Positions 15,001 to 27,500 of a stretch of 64,000 bases of DNA are shown here, piece after piece (within the stretch, counting starts at the first letter, position 1; every line of letters begins with the position of its first letter). Origin of the DNA: Macrostomum lignano (lineage: Eukaryota); the NCBI GenBank assembly GCA_002269645.1, contig NIVC01002040.1:1-64000 (forward strand). The letters run 5' to 3'. The notes beneath the pieces are model-generated. The model searched no databases and was not told the origin of the DNA. It worked only from the letters and a program-made list of their open reading frames with translations. The translations under genes and the position numbers were made by a program.

Positions 15001-18000
15001 AAGAATCGCCCCCAAACCTCAGTAAGAATCGCCCCAAACCTCAGTAAGAATCGCCCCAAACCTCAGTAAGAATCGCCCCAAACCTCAGTAAGAATCGCCC
15101 CAAACCTCAGTAAGAATCGCCCCAAACCTCAGTAAGAATCGCCCCAAACCTCAGTAAGAATCGCCCCAAACCTCAGTAAGAATCGCCCCAAACCTCAGTA
15201 AGAATCGCCCCAAACCTCAGTAAGAATCGCCCCAAACCTCAGTAAGAATCGCCCCAAACCTCAGTAAGAATCGCCCCAAACCTCAGTAAGAATCGCCCCA
15301 AACCTCAGTAAGAATCGCCCCCAAACCTCAGTAAGAATCGCCCCAAACCTCAGTAAGAATCGCCCCAAACCTCAGTAAGAATCGCCCCAAACCTCAGTAA
15401 GAATCGCCCCAAACCTCAGTAAGAATCGCCCCAAACCTCAGTAAGAATCGCCCCCAAACCTCAGTAAGAATCGCCCCCAAACCTCAGTAAGAATCGCCCC
15501 AAACCTCAGTAAGAATCGCCCCAAACCTCAGTAAGAATCGCCCCAAACCTCAGTAAGAATCGCCCCAAACCTCAGTAAGAATCGCCCCAAACCTCAGTAA
15601 GAATCGCCCCAAACCTCAGTAAGAATCGCCCCAAACCTCAGTAAGAATCGCCCCAAACCTCAGTAAGAATCGCCCCAAACCTCAGTAAGAATCGCCCCAA
15701 ACCTCAGTAAGAATCGCCCCCAAACCTCAGTAAGAATCGCCCCAAACCTCAGTAAGAATCGCCCCCAAACCTCAGTAAGAATCGCCCCCAAACCTCAGTA
15801 AGAATCGCCCCCAAACCTCAGTAAGAATCGCCCCAAACCTCAGTAAGAATCGCCCCCAAACCTCAGTAAGAATCGCCCCAAACCTCAGTAAGAATCGCCC
15901 CAAACCTCAGTAAGAATCGCCCCAAACCTCAGTAAGAATCGCCCCCAAACCTCAGTAAGAATCGCCCCAAACCTCAGTAAGAATCGCCCCAAACCTCAGT
16001 AAGAATCGCCCCAAACCTCAGTAAGAATCGCCCCCAAACCTCAGTAAGAATCGCCCCCAAACCTCAGTAAGAATCGCCCCCAAACCTCAGTAAGAATCGC
16101 CCCAAACCTCAGTAAGAATCGCCCCAAACCTCAGTAAGAATCGCCCCAAACCTCAGTAAGAATCGCCCCCAAACCTCAGTAAGAATCGCCCCCAAACCTC
16201 AGTAAGAATCGCCCCCAAACCTCAGTAAGAATCGCCCCCAAACCTCAGTAAGAATCGCCCAAACCTCAGTAAGAATCGCCCTAACCTCAGTAAGAATCGC
16301 CCCAAACCTCAGTAAGAATCGCCCCAAACCTCAGTAAGAATCGCCCTAAACCTCAGTAAGAATCGCCCTAATCCTCAGTAAGAATCGCCCTAATCCTCAG
16401 TAAGAATCGCCCTAATCCTCAGTAAGAATCGCCCTAATCCTCAGCAAGAATCGCCCTAATCCTCAGTAAGAATCGCCCCAATCCTCAGCAAGAATCGCCC
16501 TAAACCTCAGCAAGAATCGCCCTAAACCTCAGTAAGAATCGCCCCCAAACCTCAGTAAGAATCGCCCAAAACCTCAGTAAGAATCGCCCCAAACCTCAGT
16601 AAGAATCGCCCCAAACCTCAGTAAGAATCGCCCCTAAACCTCAGTAAGAATCGCCCCAAACCTCAGTAAGAATCGCCCTAATCCTCAGCAAGAATCGCCC
16701 TAATCCTCAGTAAGAATCGCCCTAAACCTCAGTAAGAATCGCCCTAATCCTCAGTAAGAATCGCCCCAAACCTCAGTAAGAATCGCCCTAAACCTCAGCA
16801 AGAATCGCCCTAAACCTCAGTAAGAATCGCCCCAAACCTCAGTAAGAATCGCCCCAATCCTCAGCAAGAATCGCCCCAAACCTCAGCAAGAATCGCCCTA
16901 AACCTCAGCAAGAATCGCCCCAAACCTCAGTAAGAATCGCCCCAAACCTCAGCAAGAATCGCCCCAAACCTCAGTAAGAATCGCCCAAACCTCAGTAAGA
17001 ATCGCCCCCAAACCTCAGTAAGAATCTCCCCAAACCTCAGTTAGAATCGCCCCAAACCTCAGTAAGAATCGCCCCAAACCTCAGTTAGAATCGCCCCAAA
17101 CCTCAGTAAGAATCGCCCCCAAACCTCAGTAAGAATCGCCCCCAAACCTCAGTAAGAATCGCCCCAAACCTCAGTAAGAATCGCCCCCAAACCTCAGTAA
17201 GAATCGCCCCCAAACCTCAGTAAGAATCGCCCCCAAACCTCAGTAAGAATCGCCCCCAAACCTCAGTAAGAATCGCCCCAAACCTCAGTAAGAATCGCCC
17301 CAAACCTCAGTTAGAATCGCCCCAAACCTCAGTAAGAATCGCCCCCAAACCTCAGTAAGAATCGCCCCAAACCTCAGTAAGAATCGCCCCAAACCTCAGT
17401 AAGAATCGCCCCAAACCTCAGTAAGAATCGCCCCCAAACCTCAGTAAGAATCGCCCAAACCTCAGTAAGAATCGCCCCCAAACCTCAGTAAGAATCGCCC
17501 CGAAACCTCAGTAAGAATCTGCCCCAAACCTCAGTTAGAATCGCCCCAAACCTCAGTAAGAATCGCCCCAAACCTCAGTAAGAATCGCCCCAAACCTCAG
17601 TAAGAATCGCTCCCCAAACCTCAGTAAGAATCGCCCCCCAAACCTCAGTAAAAATCGCCCCTAAACCTCAGTAAGAATCGCTCCCAATCCTCAGCAAGAA
17701 TCGCCCTAATCCTCAGCAAGAATCGCCCTAATCCTCAGCAAGAATCGCCCTAATCCTCATCAAGAATCGCCCTAATCCTCAGCAAGAATCGCCCTAATCC
17801 TCAGCAAGAATCGCCATAATCCTCAGTAAGAATCGCCCCCAAACCTCAGTAAGAATCTCCCAAGCCTCAGCAAGAATCGCCCTAATCCTCAGTAAGAATC
17901 GCCCCCAAACCTCAGTAAGAATCGCTCCCAATCCTCAGCAAGAATCGCCCTAATCCTCAGCAAGAATCCCCCTAATCCTCAGTAAGAATCTCCCAAGCCT

Positions 18001-18112
18001 CAGTAAGAATCGCCCCAAACCTCAGTAAGAATCGCTCCCAAACCCAGCAAGAATCGCCCCAAACCTCAGTAAGAATCGCTCCCAAACCCAGCAAGAATCG
18101 CCCCAAAACCTC
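1..18112. repeat. Giant tandem satellite, 22/23-bp unit AATCGCCCC(C)AAACCTCAGTAAG, roughly 800 copies, open at the left window edge
   Basis: Direct reading. The core is nearly invariant except for the C4/C5 run length. From about 16260 to 18112 diverged units appear (CCCTAATCCTCAGCAAG, CTCCC, TTAG variants). Confidence 0.99.
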
Positions 18113-18357
18113 GATATTAATCATGCTAGAGAAATGAGCAAGCAGAAAAATAAAAGTGCAGATCAGTCAGACTGACTGAGAAAACTAAGTCGCACAACAG
18201 TGACTAGGTCAGCTGATTAAATAGCTTCGCGAGTCACTAGGGTGTAAAGTACAGTAGTTAACCTTAAATTGGAAACTGAACCGTAAAGTAGACAAAAAAG
18301 TAGATAGGCGAGTAGATGATATAGTAGATACGTAGAAAGTGTAGGTAAAAATTAGAC

Positions 18358-19580
18358 CAGTGAGTAGACAACTGAGTAGATCAGAGATTAGACAACTGAG
18401 TAGATCAGAGAGTAGACAATTGAGTAGATCAGAGAGTAGACAACTGAGTAGATCAGAGAGTAGACAACTGAATAGATCAGAGAGTAGACAATTGAGTAGA
18501 TCAGAGAGTAGACAATTGAGTAGATCAGAGAGTAGACAACTGAGTAAATCAGAGAGTAGACAATTGAGTAGATCAGAGAGTAGACAATTGAGTAGATCAG
18601 AGAGTAGACAACTGAGTAGATCAGAGAGTAGACAACTGAGTAGATCAGAGAGTAGACAACTGAGTAGATCAGAGAGTAGACAACTGAGTAGATCAGAGAG
18701 TAGACAACTGAGTAAATCAGAGAGTAGACAATTGAGTAGATCAGAGAGTAGACAACTGAGTAGATCAGAGAGTAGACAACTGAGTAGATCAGAGAGTAGA
18801 CAATTGAGTAGATCAGAGAGTAGACAATTGAGTAGATCAGAGAGTAGACAACTGAGTAGATCAGAGAGTAGACAACTGAATAGATCAGAGAGTAGACAAC
18901 TGAGTAGATCAGAGAGTAGACAACTGAGTAGATCAGAGAGTAGACAACTGAGTAGATCAGAGAGTAGAAAACTGAGTAGATCAGAGAGTAGACAACTGAG
19001 TAGATCAGAGAGTAGACAACTGAGTAGATCGGAGAGTAGACAACTGAGTAGATCGGAGAGTAGACAACTGAGTAGATCAGAGAGTAGACAACTGAGTAGA
19101 TCAGAGAGTAGACAACTGAGTAGATCAGAGAGTAGACAACTGAGTAGATCAGAGAGTAGACAACTGAGTAGATCAGAGAGTAGACAACTGAGTAGATCAG
19201 AGAGTAGACAACTGAGTAGATCAGAGAGTAGACAACTGAGTAGATCAGAGAGTAGACAACTGAGTAGATCAGAGAGTAGAAAACTGAGTAGATCAGAGAG
19301 TAGACAACTGAGTAGATCAGAGAGTAGACAACTGAGTAGATGAGAGAGTAGACAACTGAATAGATCAGAGAGTAGACAACTGAGTAGATCAGAGAGTAGA
19401 CAACTGAGTAGATCAGAGAGTAGACAACTGAGTAGATCAGAGAGACAAAAACTGAGTAGATCAGATAGTAGGCAACTGAGTAGATGAGAGAGTAGACAAC
19501 TGAGTAGATGAGAGAGTAGACAACTGAGTAGATCCGAGAGTAGACAACTGAGTAGGTCCGAGAGTAGACAACTGAGTAAG
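18358..19580. repeat. 24-bp minisatellite AGAGTAGACAACTGAGTAGATCAG, about 50 copies
   Basis: Direct reading. It explains the spurious SRSESRQL and YSVVYSLI ORFs (8 codons = 24 bp). Confidence 0.97.
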
Positions 19581-20084
19581 TAAGTAGTTCATAGGGTAGA
19601 CAGATAAGTAAGGTGACACACGGGGTCATATAGAGTGCATAATCGTGAGTTGACTCAAAAAGCTACTCAAAAAGTTTCTTGTAGATTGCCAAACCCTGAC
19701 AACTCAGAAGTGAGCAGCAGTTATATTAATAAATAAAATCTGGTTCTACTCATAAGCCAGTGGTGGGTAGGCGTGGGGGTATTACAGAACAATAAACCAC
19801 CTGCTTGAGCGCAAAAACTGGATAAAACAGGGGGTGGTTGCTAGGGTCGGCCATTTTTTTATTCTATATAGTCTCTATAGTATATAGCAGAGGCCAATAC
19901 TCAACCCATTTAACTCAGACCCTACACTTTAAAGCAGATTATTTGCTGTATAATATCTAGCCATGTGAACCCTATTTTCAAAGCCAGAGAATGAGACCAT
20001 AGTTAACTCGACGAGTATGCGAAATTAAACCGCAAACTTTTCCAACTAATGCAAGACAGCGCGTATATAGAAGAGATTGAATAT

Positions 20085-20455
20085 GGCGCCAATATTCAGG
20101 CTAGAAAATGGCGCTAATCTTCAAATTAGAAATGGCGCCATTTTTTTAAGTAGAAAATGGCGCCAGTATTTGGAGTAGAAAATGGCGCCAATACTTCAAG
20201 TAGAAAATGGCGCCAATATTCAGAGTAGAAAATGGCGCCAATATTCAGAGTAGAAAATAGCGCCAATATTCAGAGTAGAAAATGGCGCCAATATTCAGGG
20301 TAAAAAATGGCGCCAATATTCAGAGTAGAAAATGGCGCCAATTTTTGAAGTAGAAAATGGCGCTAGTATTTGGAGTAAAAAATGGCGCCAATATTCAGAG
20401 TAGAAAATAGCGCCAATATTCAGAGTAGAAAATAGCGGCAATTTTGGGCTAAAAA
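20085..20455. repeat. 25-bp minisatellite AAAATGGCGCCAATATTCAGAGTAG, about 15 copies, just downstream of SLC38A10 exon 5
   Basis: Period 25 seen directly, e.g. CAGAGTAGAA at 20221 and 20246. Confidence 0.93.
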
Positions 20456-20486
20456 TGCACAAAGCAGCAGCGCTTGGACAACCCAC

Positions 20487-20907
20487 CTGTAAATAGATGA
20501 AGCTGTAGATGCTGACCCGGCAAGGAAAGGCAATGATAGGAAAGCTGACAGCGACTGACATGACGAAGCCTAGTTTGATGAAATCGCTGGCACCCGAGGT
20601 CGGGTACATCGCCAAGAGGTCGCCGTGAATCGTCGGGCTGTTGACGAAGGCGATGTAGCCTAGGGATCCGATCTGCGCGGTAGGAGGGGCGAGGGTGAAA
20701 GGGGCGTCGCTTGGATGAAACTGGTTTGCTATGGGAGCGGCGAGGGGGGAATGAAGGAGAGGAGAGGGGGAATGGAGGGGAGAGGGGGAATGAAGGAGGG
20801 GAGAAGGGGAATGAAGGGAAGAGGGGCAATGAAGGAGGGGACAGGGGAATGAAGGAGGGGAGGGGGAATGAATGAAGGAGAGGAGATAGACAGACAGACA
20901 GACAGAC

Positions 20908-20992
<85 letters not shown>

Positions 20993-21034
20993 CAGACAGA
21001 CAGACAGACAGAGAGACAGACCGACAGACAGACC

Positions 21035-21070
<36 letters not shown>

Positions 21071-21245
21071 GGCAGGCAGGCAGACAGACAGACAGACAGA
21101 CAGACAGACAGGTGAGACAGACACACAGACAGACAGACACACAGACAGATAGGCAGACGGACAGATAGGCAGACAGACACACAGACAGACAGACACACAG
21201 ACAGATAGGCAGACAGACACACAGACAGACAGGTGAGACAGACAC

Positions 21246-21287
<42 letters not shown>

Positions 21288-21304
21288 GGACAGATAGACA
21301 GACG

Positions 21305-21348
<44 letters not shown>

Positions 21349-21551
21349 GGCATACAGACAGACAGGCAGACAGACAGGTAGGCAGACAGACAGACAGACA
21401 GACAGACCGACATACAGACAGAAAGACAGGCATACAGACAGACAGGCAGACAGACAGGTAGGCAGACAGACAGACAGACAGACAGACAGACAGGCAGGCA
21501 TACACACAGAAAGACAGGCATACAGACAGACAGGCAGACAGACAGGTAGGC

Positions 21552-21583
<32 letters not shown>

Positions 21584-24500
21584 CGACATACAGACAGAAA
21601 GACAGGCATACAGACAGACAGGCAGATTGCTAAGTTAAAAGTGCACGCTGCAAGAAAATAGCAAACTGCAGGATTTGCAGAAATATGTCAAACACGCGGC
21701 AGGGCAGACAGGCGGAGCGAAATTAATTACAGCACTAGGAAAATCTGGCATCTGTAATACAAATGCCACTATCAAGACTTTCACGCACTGCCTAGATTTA
21801 GAATAGATACACAGTATCGCTATGCTGCACAGTGTACTTTTCTTCAGCACAGTTCTAAACCTCGTGGGCACGCAATGCAGACGGGTCAGGCATAGAGAAC
21901 GGGCCTCGGATCTCTTGGAAAAATCCACTAAGGGGAAGAGAGAGATCGGGGAGACAAGGGGGCAACGGTCTAGGAGCAAACCAGAGAGTGTACTACACAA
22001 AAGTTCATGCTCTAGTATAATTAGAACTTTTAGAAATACAGAATGGAATTCAAATAGATGGCATAGCGGCGGAAAGGTTAGCAAACTGCAGCAGCTGCTG
22101 CCTCCTCTCCCCACTCCCAATGTCCCCGTCATGTCCCCGTTCACCCAACCATGTCGATATTCACCCTTTCCCATCCCCATTCACTAAATCTTATTCCCAT
22201 TCACCCATTCCCATCCCCATTCACCCATTCCCATCCCCATTCACCCATTCCCATCCCCATTCACCCATTCCCATCCCTATCCACCCATTCCCATCCCCAT
22301 TCACCCATTCCCATCCCCATTCACCCATTCCCATCCCCATTCACCCATTCCCATCCCCATTCACCCATTCCCATCCCTATCCACCCATTCCCATCCCCAT
22401 TCACCCATTCCCATCCCCATTCACCCATTCCCATCCCCATTCACCCATTCCCATCCCCATTCACCCATTCCCATCCCCATTCACCCATTCCCATCCCTAT
22501 CCACCCATTCCCATCCCCATTCACCCATTCCCATCCCCATTCACCCATTCCCATCCCCATTCACCCATTCCCATCCCCATTCACCCATTCCCATCCCCAT
22601 TCACCCATTCCCATCCCTATCCACCCATTCCCATCCCCATTCACCCATTCCCATCCCCATTCACCCATTCCCATCCCCATTCACCCATTCCCATCCCCAT
22701 TCACCCATTCCCATCCCCATTCACCCATTCCCATCCCCATTCACTAAATCTTATCCCGATTCACCCAATCCTATTTTCATCATCTAATTGTATCCCTATT
22801 CACTTAATTCTTTCCCAATTCACCCAATAAAAGTGTGACGGTCACAAATTATTTGGTGACTGTCAAAAATGTGACACTGTCACAACTGTGATTGTCAAGT
22901 GTGACCGTCAGCTAATAATTTGACCCTGCAATGTGACCGTCAATAAATTTTCACTTGAATAACCGTCAATGTGACCCTCAAATGTGACCGTTAATATGAT
23001 CTCCAAATGTGAGAGGCACGGAACGGTAATTATTTGTGTGCATGAAGCATGAACGAAAATATAGCAAAAGAATGATTACACAAATTTAAAAGGAATTCCA
23101 AAACTGGAAAGACGGCTTTAGTCGACGGTCACATTAGATTGTAACATTAAAGGTCACATTAGATTGTAACATTAAAGGTCACATGAGTGACCGTATAGTT
23201 TACGGTCAAATTGGAAGGTCACATTGTGACTATTTGTTGACGATCGCATTGCAGGGTCGTTTTTGACGGGAACATGGTTGTCCGTTTATTCAACGGTCAG
23301 GTTGAAGGGTGACAAGGGAGGTTCACATGCGATACCGTCGTTTGAGGGTCACAAAACGGTCACATGGTCGAAATATGATCTCCAACTTTTATACGGGTCA
23401 CTTAATCCCATCCCATTGACTCAATTCTATCCCCATTCACCCAATCATATCCCCATTCACTCAATCACATCCCCATTCACTCAATCACATCCCCATTCGC
23501 CCAATCATATATCCTCATTCACCCAATCATATTCCCATTCACCCAATTCTATCCCCATACACCCAATCCCGTATCCATTCACCCAATCACATCCCCAGTC
23601 ACCTAATCCTATCCAAATTCATCCAATCCTATCCAAATTCACCCAATCACATCCCCAGTCACCCAATCACATCCCCAGTCACCCAATCACATCCCCATTC
23701 ACCCAATCCTATCCCTATTCAAACAATCACATGTTCATTCACCCAATCCTATCCCAAATCACCCAATCACATCCCCATTCACCCAATCACATCCCCATTC
23801 ACCTAATCACATCCCCATTCACCCAATCCTATATCCATTCAACCCAATCCTATCCCCATTTACCCAATCATATCCTCATTCACCCAATCCTATCCTCATT
23901 CACCCAATCCTGTCCCCATTCACCCAATCCTATCCCCGTTCACCCAATACTCCCTATTCCCTCAATATCGCATTCACAGTGACGGAAGCGAAGTCTCACC
24001 AGGATGTAGAAAGTGCAGCAGCCAAGCACTGACAAGTTGAGAATTCGCCTCATCACTTTGATGCTGGGATCCCTCAGCGAGTCGCACAGCAGAAACAGCT
24101 GGCTAGATATGGCAATTAAAAAATCAATAGTACAATTACCAGAAGTTCACCGGGGGCAAACGGTTCCGCTAAAATTAGCAAGCCAATTTGCCTAAGGGTG
24201 CTCGCAGTCTTGCACGCGTATGACTAGAAATTTTACAAATTAAAGTACGTAATTATTCTATCGCATGTCACTGCACATCTGCACTCTACTAATTTGACCG
24301 CTTTAATTTCGAATCTGTTGCATAATTCATACGGAAACACGGGTTCCCAATTCGGGGTGCTCATCGACAAAGACAATAAACCTGCATTCACCAAATCTGT
24401 TAGATTCACCTGAATATGCATTTTACTAAACCTGCATTCATCAAATCTGTTTGATTCACCTGAATATGCATTTTACTAAACCTGCATTCACCAAATCTGT

Positions 24501-27500
24501 TTGATTCACCTGAATATGCATTTTACTAAACCTGCATTCACCAAATCTGTTTGATTCACCTGAATATGCATTTTACTAAACCTGCATTCACCAAATCTGT
24601 TTGATTCACCTGAATATGCATTTTACTAAACCTGCATTCATCAAATCTGTTTGATTCACCTGAATATGCATTTTACTAAACCTGCATTCATCAAATCTGT
24701 TTGATTCACCTGAATATGCATTTTACTAAACCTGCATTCACCAAATGTTACTGAGTCACTAAAAGTCTAGCACCCAACCCCAACAGAAATTCGCTGCTCA
24801 CGTCTGGCAGGTGAATGCCAAGCTAAAAATTGGCAGACAGGTGATCAGTCCATCAAAGCGAACCAGCTGGTAAGTTGGGGCTGGCGGTTCTACAGCTGGG
24901 CTGTCATCGACACCAAAAACGGTCAGGCAGATTAACTGGAACATTCAAGAAAAGATATTACAAATCTCACCACAGTGTTCTGATAGTGTCACATGTTGTC
25001 TATGATAATCTCACATGCGGTCTCTGATAATCTCATATGGTGTCTCTGATAATCTCATATGGTGTCTCTGATAATCTCATATGGTGTCTCTGATAATCTC
25101 ATATGGTGTCTCTGATAATCTCATATGGTGTCTCTGATAATCTCATATGGTGTCTCTGATAATCTCATATAGTGTCTCTGATAATCTCATATGGTGTCCC
25201 TGATAATCTCATATGGTGTCTCTGATAATCTCATATGGTGTCTCTGATAATCTCATATGGTGTCTCTGATAATCTCATATGGTGTCTCTGATAATCTCAT
25301 ATGGTGTCTCTGATAATCTCATATGGTGTCTCTGATAATCTCATATGGTGTCTCTGATAATCTCATATGATGTCTCTGATAATCTCATATGGTGTCTCTG
25401 ATAATCTCATATGGTGTCTCTGATAATCTCAAATGGTGTCTCTGATAATCTCATATGGTGTCTTTGAAAATCTCATATGGTGTCTCTGATAATCTCATAT
25501 GGTGTCTCTGATAATCTCATATGGTGTCTCTGATAATCTCATATGATGTCTCTGATAATCTCATATGGTGTCTCTGATTATCTCATATGGTGTCTCTGAT
25601 AATCTCATATGGTGTCTCTGATAATCTCATATGGTGTCTTTGAAAATCTCATATGGTGTCTCTGATAATCTCATATGGTGTCTCTGATAATCTCATATGG
25701 TGTCTCTGATAATCTCATATGATGTCTCTGATAATCTCATATGGTGTCTCTGATAATCTCACATGCGGTCTCTGATAATCTCATGTGGTGTCTCTGATAA
25801 TCTCATATGGTGTCTCTGATAATCTCATATGATGTCTCTGATAATCTCATATGGTGTCTCTGATTATCTCATATGGTGTCTCTGATAATCTCATATGGTG
25901 TCTCTGATAATCTCATATGGTGTCTTTGAAAATCTCATATGGTGTCTCTGATAATCTCATATGGTGTCTCTGATAATCTCATATGATGTCTCTGATAATC
26001 TCATGTGGTGTCTCTGATAATCTCATATGGTGTCTCTGATAATCTCACATGCTGTCTCTGATAATCTACTAATATATACTATTGTTATAATTGTAAATTC
26101 TCACAAACTCGAAAGTAATACTCAACGCTAAGGTACTCGAAAATACTCGCCAACGTCTCATTATCATACAATTAGGCCTACTTTGAGCTATAACAGCTCT
26201 CTCATCATTAATCTCTTTTGAGATAAAAAAGAAAGGGGAATGCAACAGGGTCAAAGCCAACCGCCCTCGCAGCCAGCAGGTGGCAGAGACTCAAAAATGC
26301 TGGATTAATCAGCATCATTTCTAAATACATAACTCAAAAGAGGCAGGGCGCGCATAAATGCGCTTTACACGATTGGGATGACTCATCATGGCACTAATGA
26401 CAGGGAGTTGGTCTATCTAGCAGTCTAACTGTCTAATCTCTCTTTATCTGCTAGTCTACCTCTCCCAATATATTAGTCTACCTCTCCCAATATATTAGTC
26501 TACCTCTCCCAATATATTAGTCTACCTCTCCCAATATATTAGTCTACCTCTCCCAATATCTTAGTCTACCTCTCCCAATATATTAGTCTACCTCTCCCAA
26601 TATATTAGTTTACCTCTCCCCTCTCCCTGTCTACTTAGTCTACCTCTCCCAATATGCTAGTCTACCTCTCCCCCTCTCCCTGTCTACTTAGTCTAACTCT
26701 CCCAATCTACCTCTCCTTATCTACTAGTTCACCTTTTCCAATTTACCAGTCTACCTCTCCAAATCCACTTTAGTCTATCTCTTCCTGCCTACTTAGTCTA
26801 ACTCTCCCTGTCTGCTTAGTCCACCCCTCCCAATCTACTAGCACCTATCCCAACCTATTACTCTACCTCTCCCAATCTACCTCTCTTTGTCTACTAGTTT
26901 ACCTCTTCCAATCTACTAGTCTACCTCAATCTACTAGTCTACCTCTCCCAATCGAGCAGTCTACCTCTCCCTACCTCCCTCCCTACCCCATCCAGTCAGC
27001 TGAAGGCCTGCATGTAGCCCCCCCCCCAACTCACGTGCAGCATGAAGATCGCGTAGAACGCAAGCGAAGCCGCGCTAATCTTAGACAACACAGACGGATC
27101 TCGCATCATCGACAGAGGCATAATAACGCACAGAGCAATGGTTGCCATGACAACGGCTCGCCCAGTTGGCGTCTGAACAATATTAGGCGACAAATTTAAT
27201 AAGGACGCCAACACTTGAGGACACAGGTCGCCAATGATGACGAAAAATGCTACCAGACTTCCGACTGACAGTCCAATCAAGCTGAACTCGACAGCAACTT
27301 TACCAAGCGGACCGTACACGTGGTGAGCCAGAAACTCGTAGCTTCTACGTTTAGTTGCTAGGGCTGATTTCAGCAGCATGCTGCAGGAGTGCACAGTTGC
27401 TAGGCCGGACAGGACCAGCAAAATTGTGGCTAGAATGAAGCCGCACTGTGGGCGGGAATACGAATGAGGCCCTTCTTAGAGTAGCTTATCAGTCACTTTT

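Noticed and set aside
1-18112. CRISPR array or true telomere at the window start
   Set aside because: Units are contiguous with no unique spacers and the context is eukaryotic. There is no (CCCTAA)n tract, only isolated CCCTAA in variant units.
18360-21661. Long ORFs of SRSESRQL, YSVVYSLI, CLSV and TDRQ repeats
   Set aside because: Translations of the 24-bp and GACA repeats. Only 20487-20672 within them is a real exon.
21822-22187. ORF containing REIGETRG, reminiscent of the YIGET motif of Penelope GIY-YIG endonucleases
   Set aside because: A four-residue match only; no flanking CxC, Y or RxxEH pattern, and the ORF runs into a tandem repeat.
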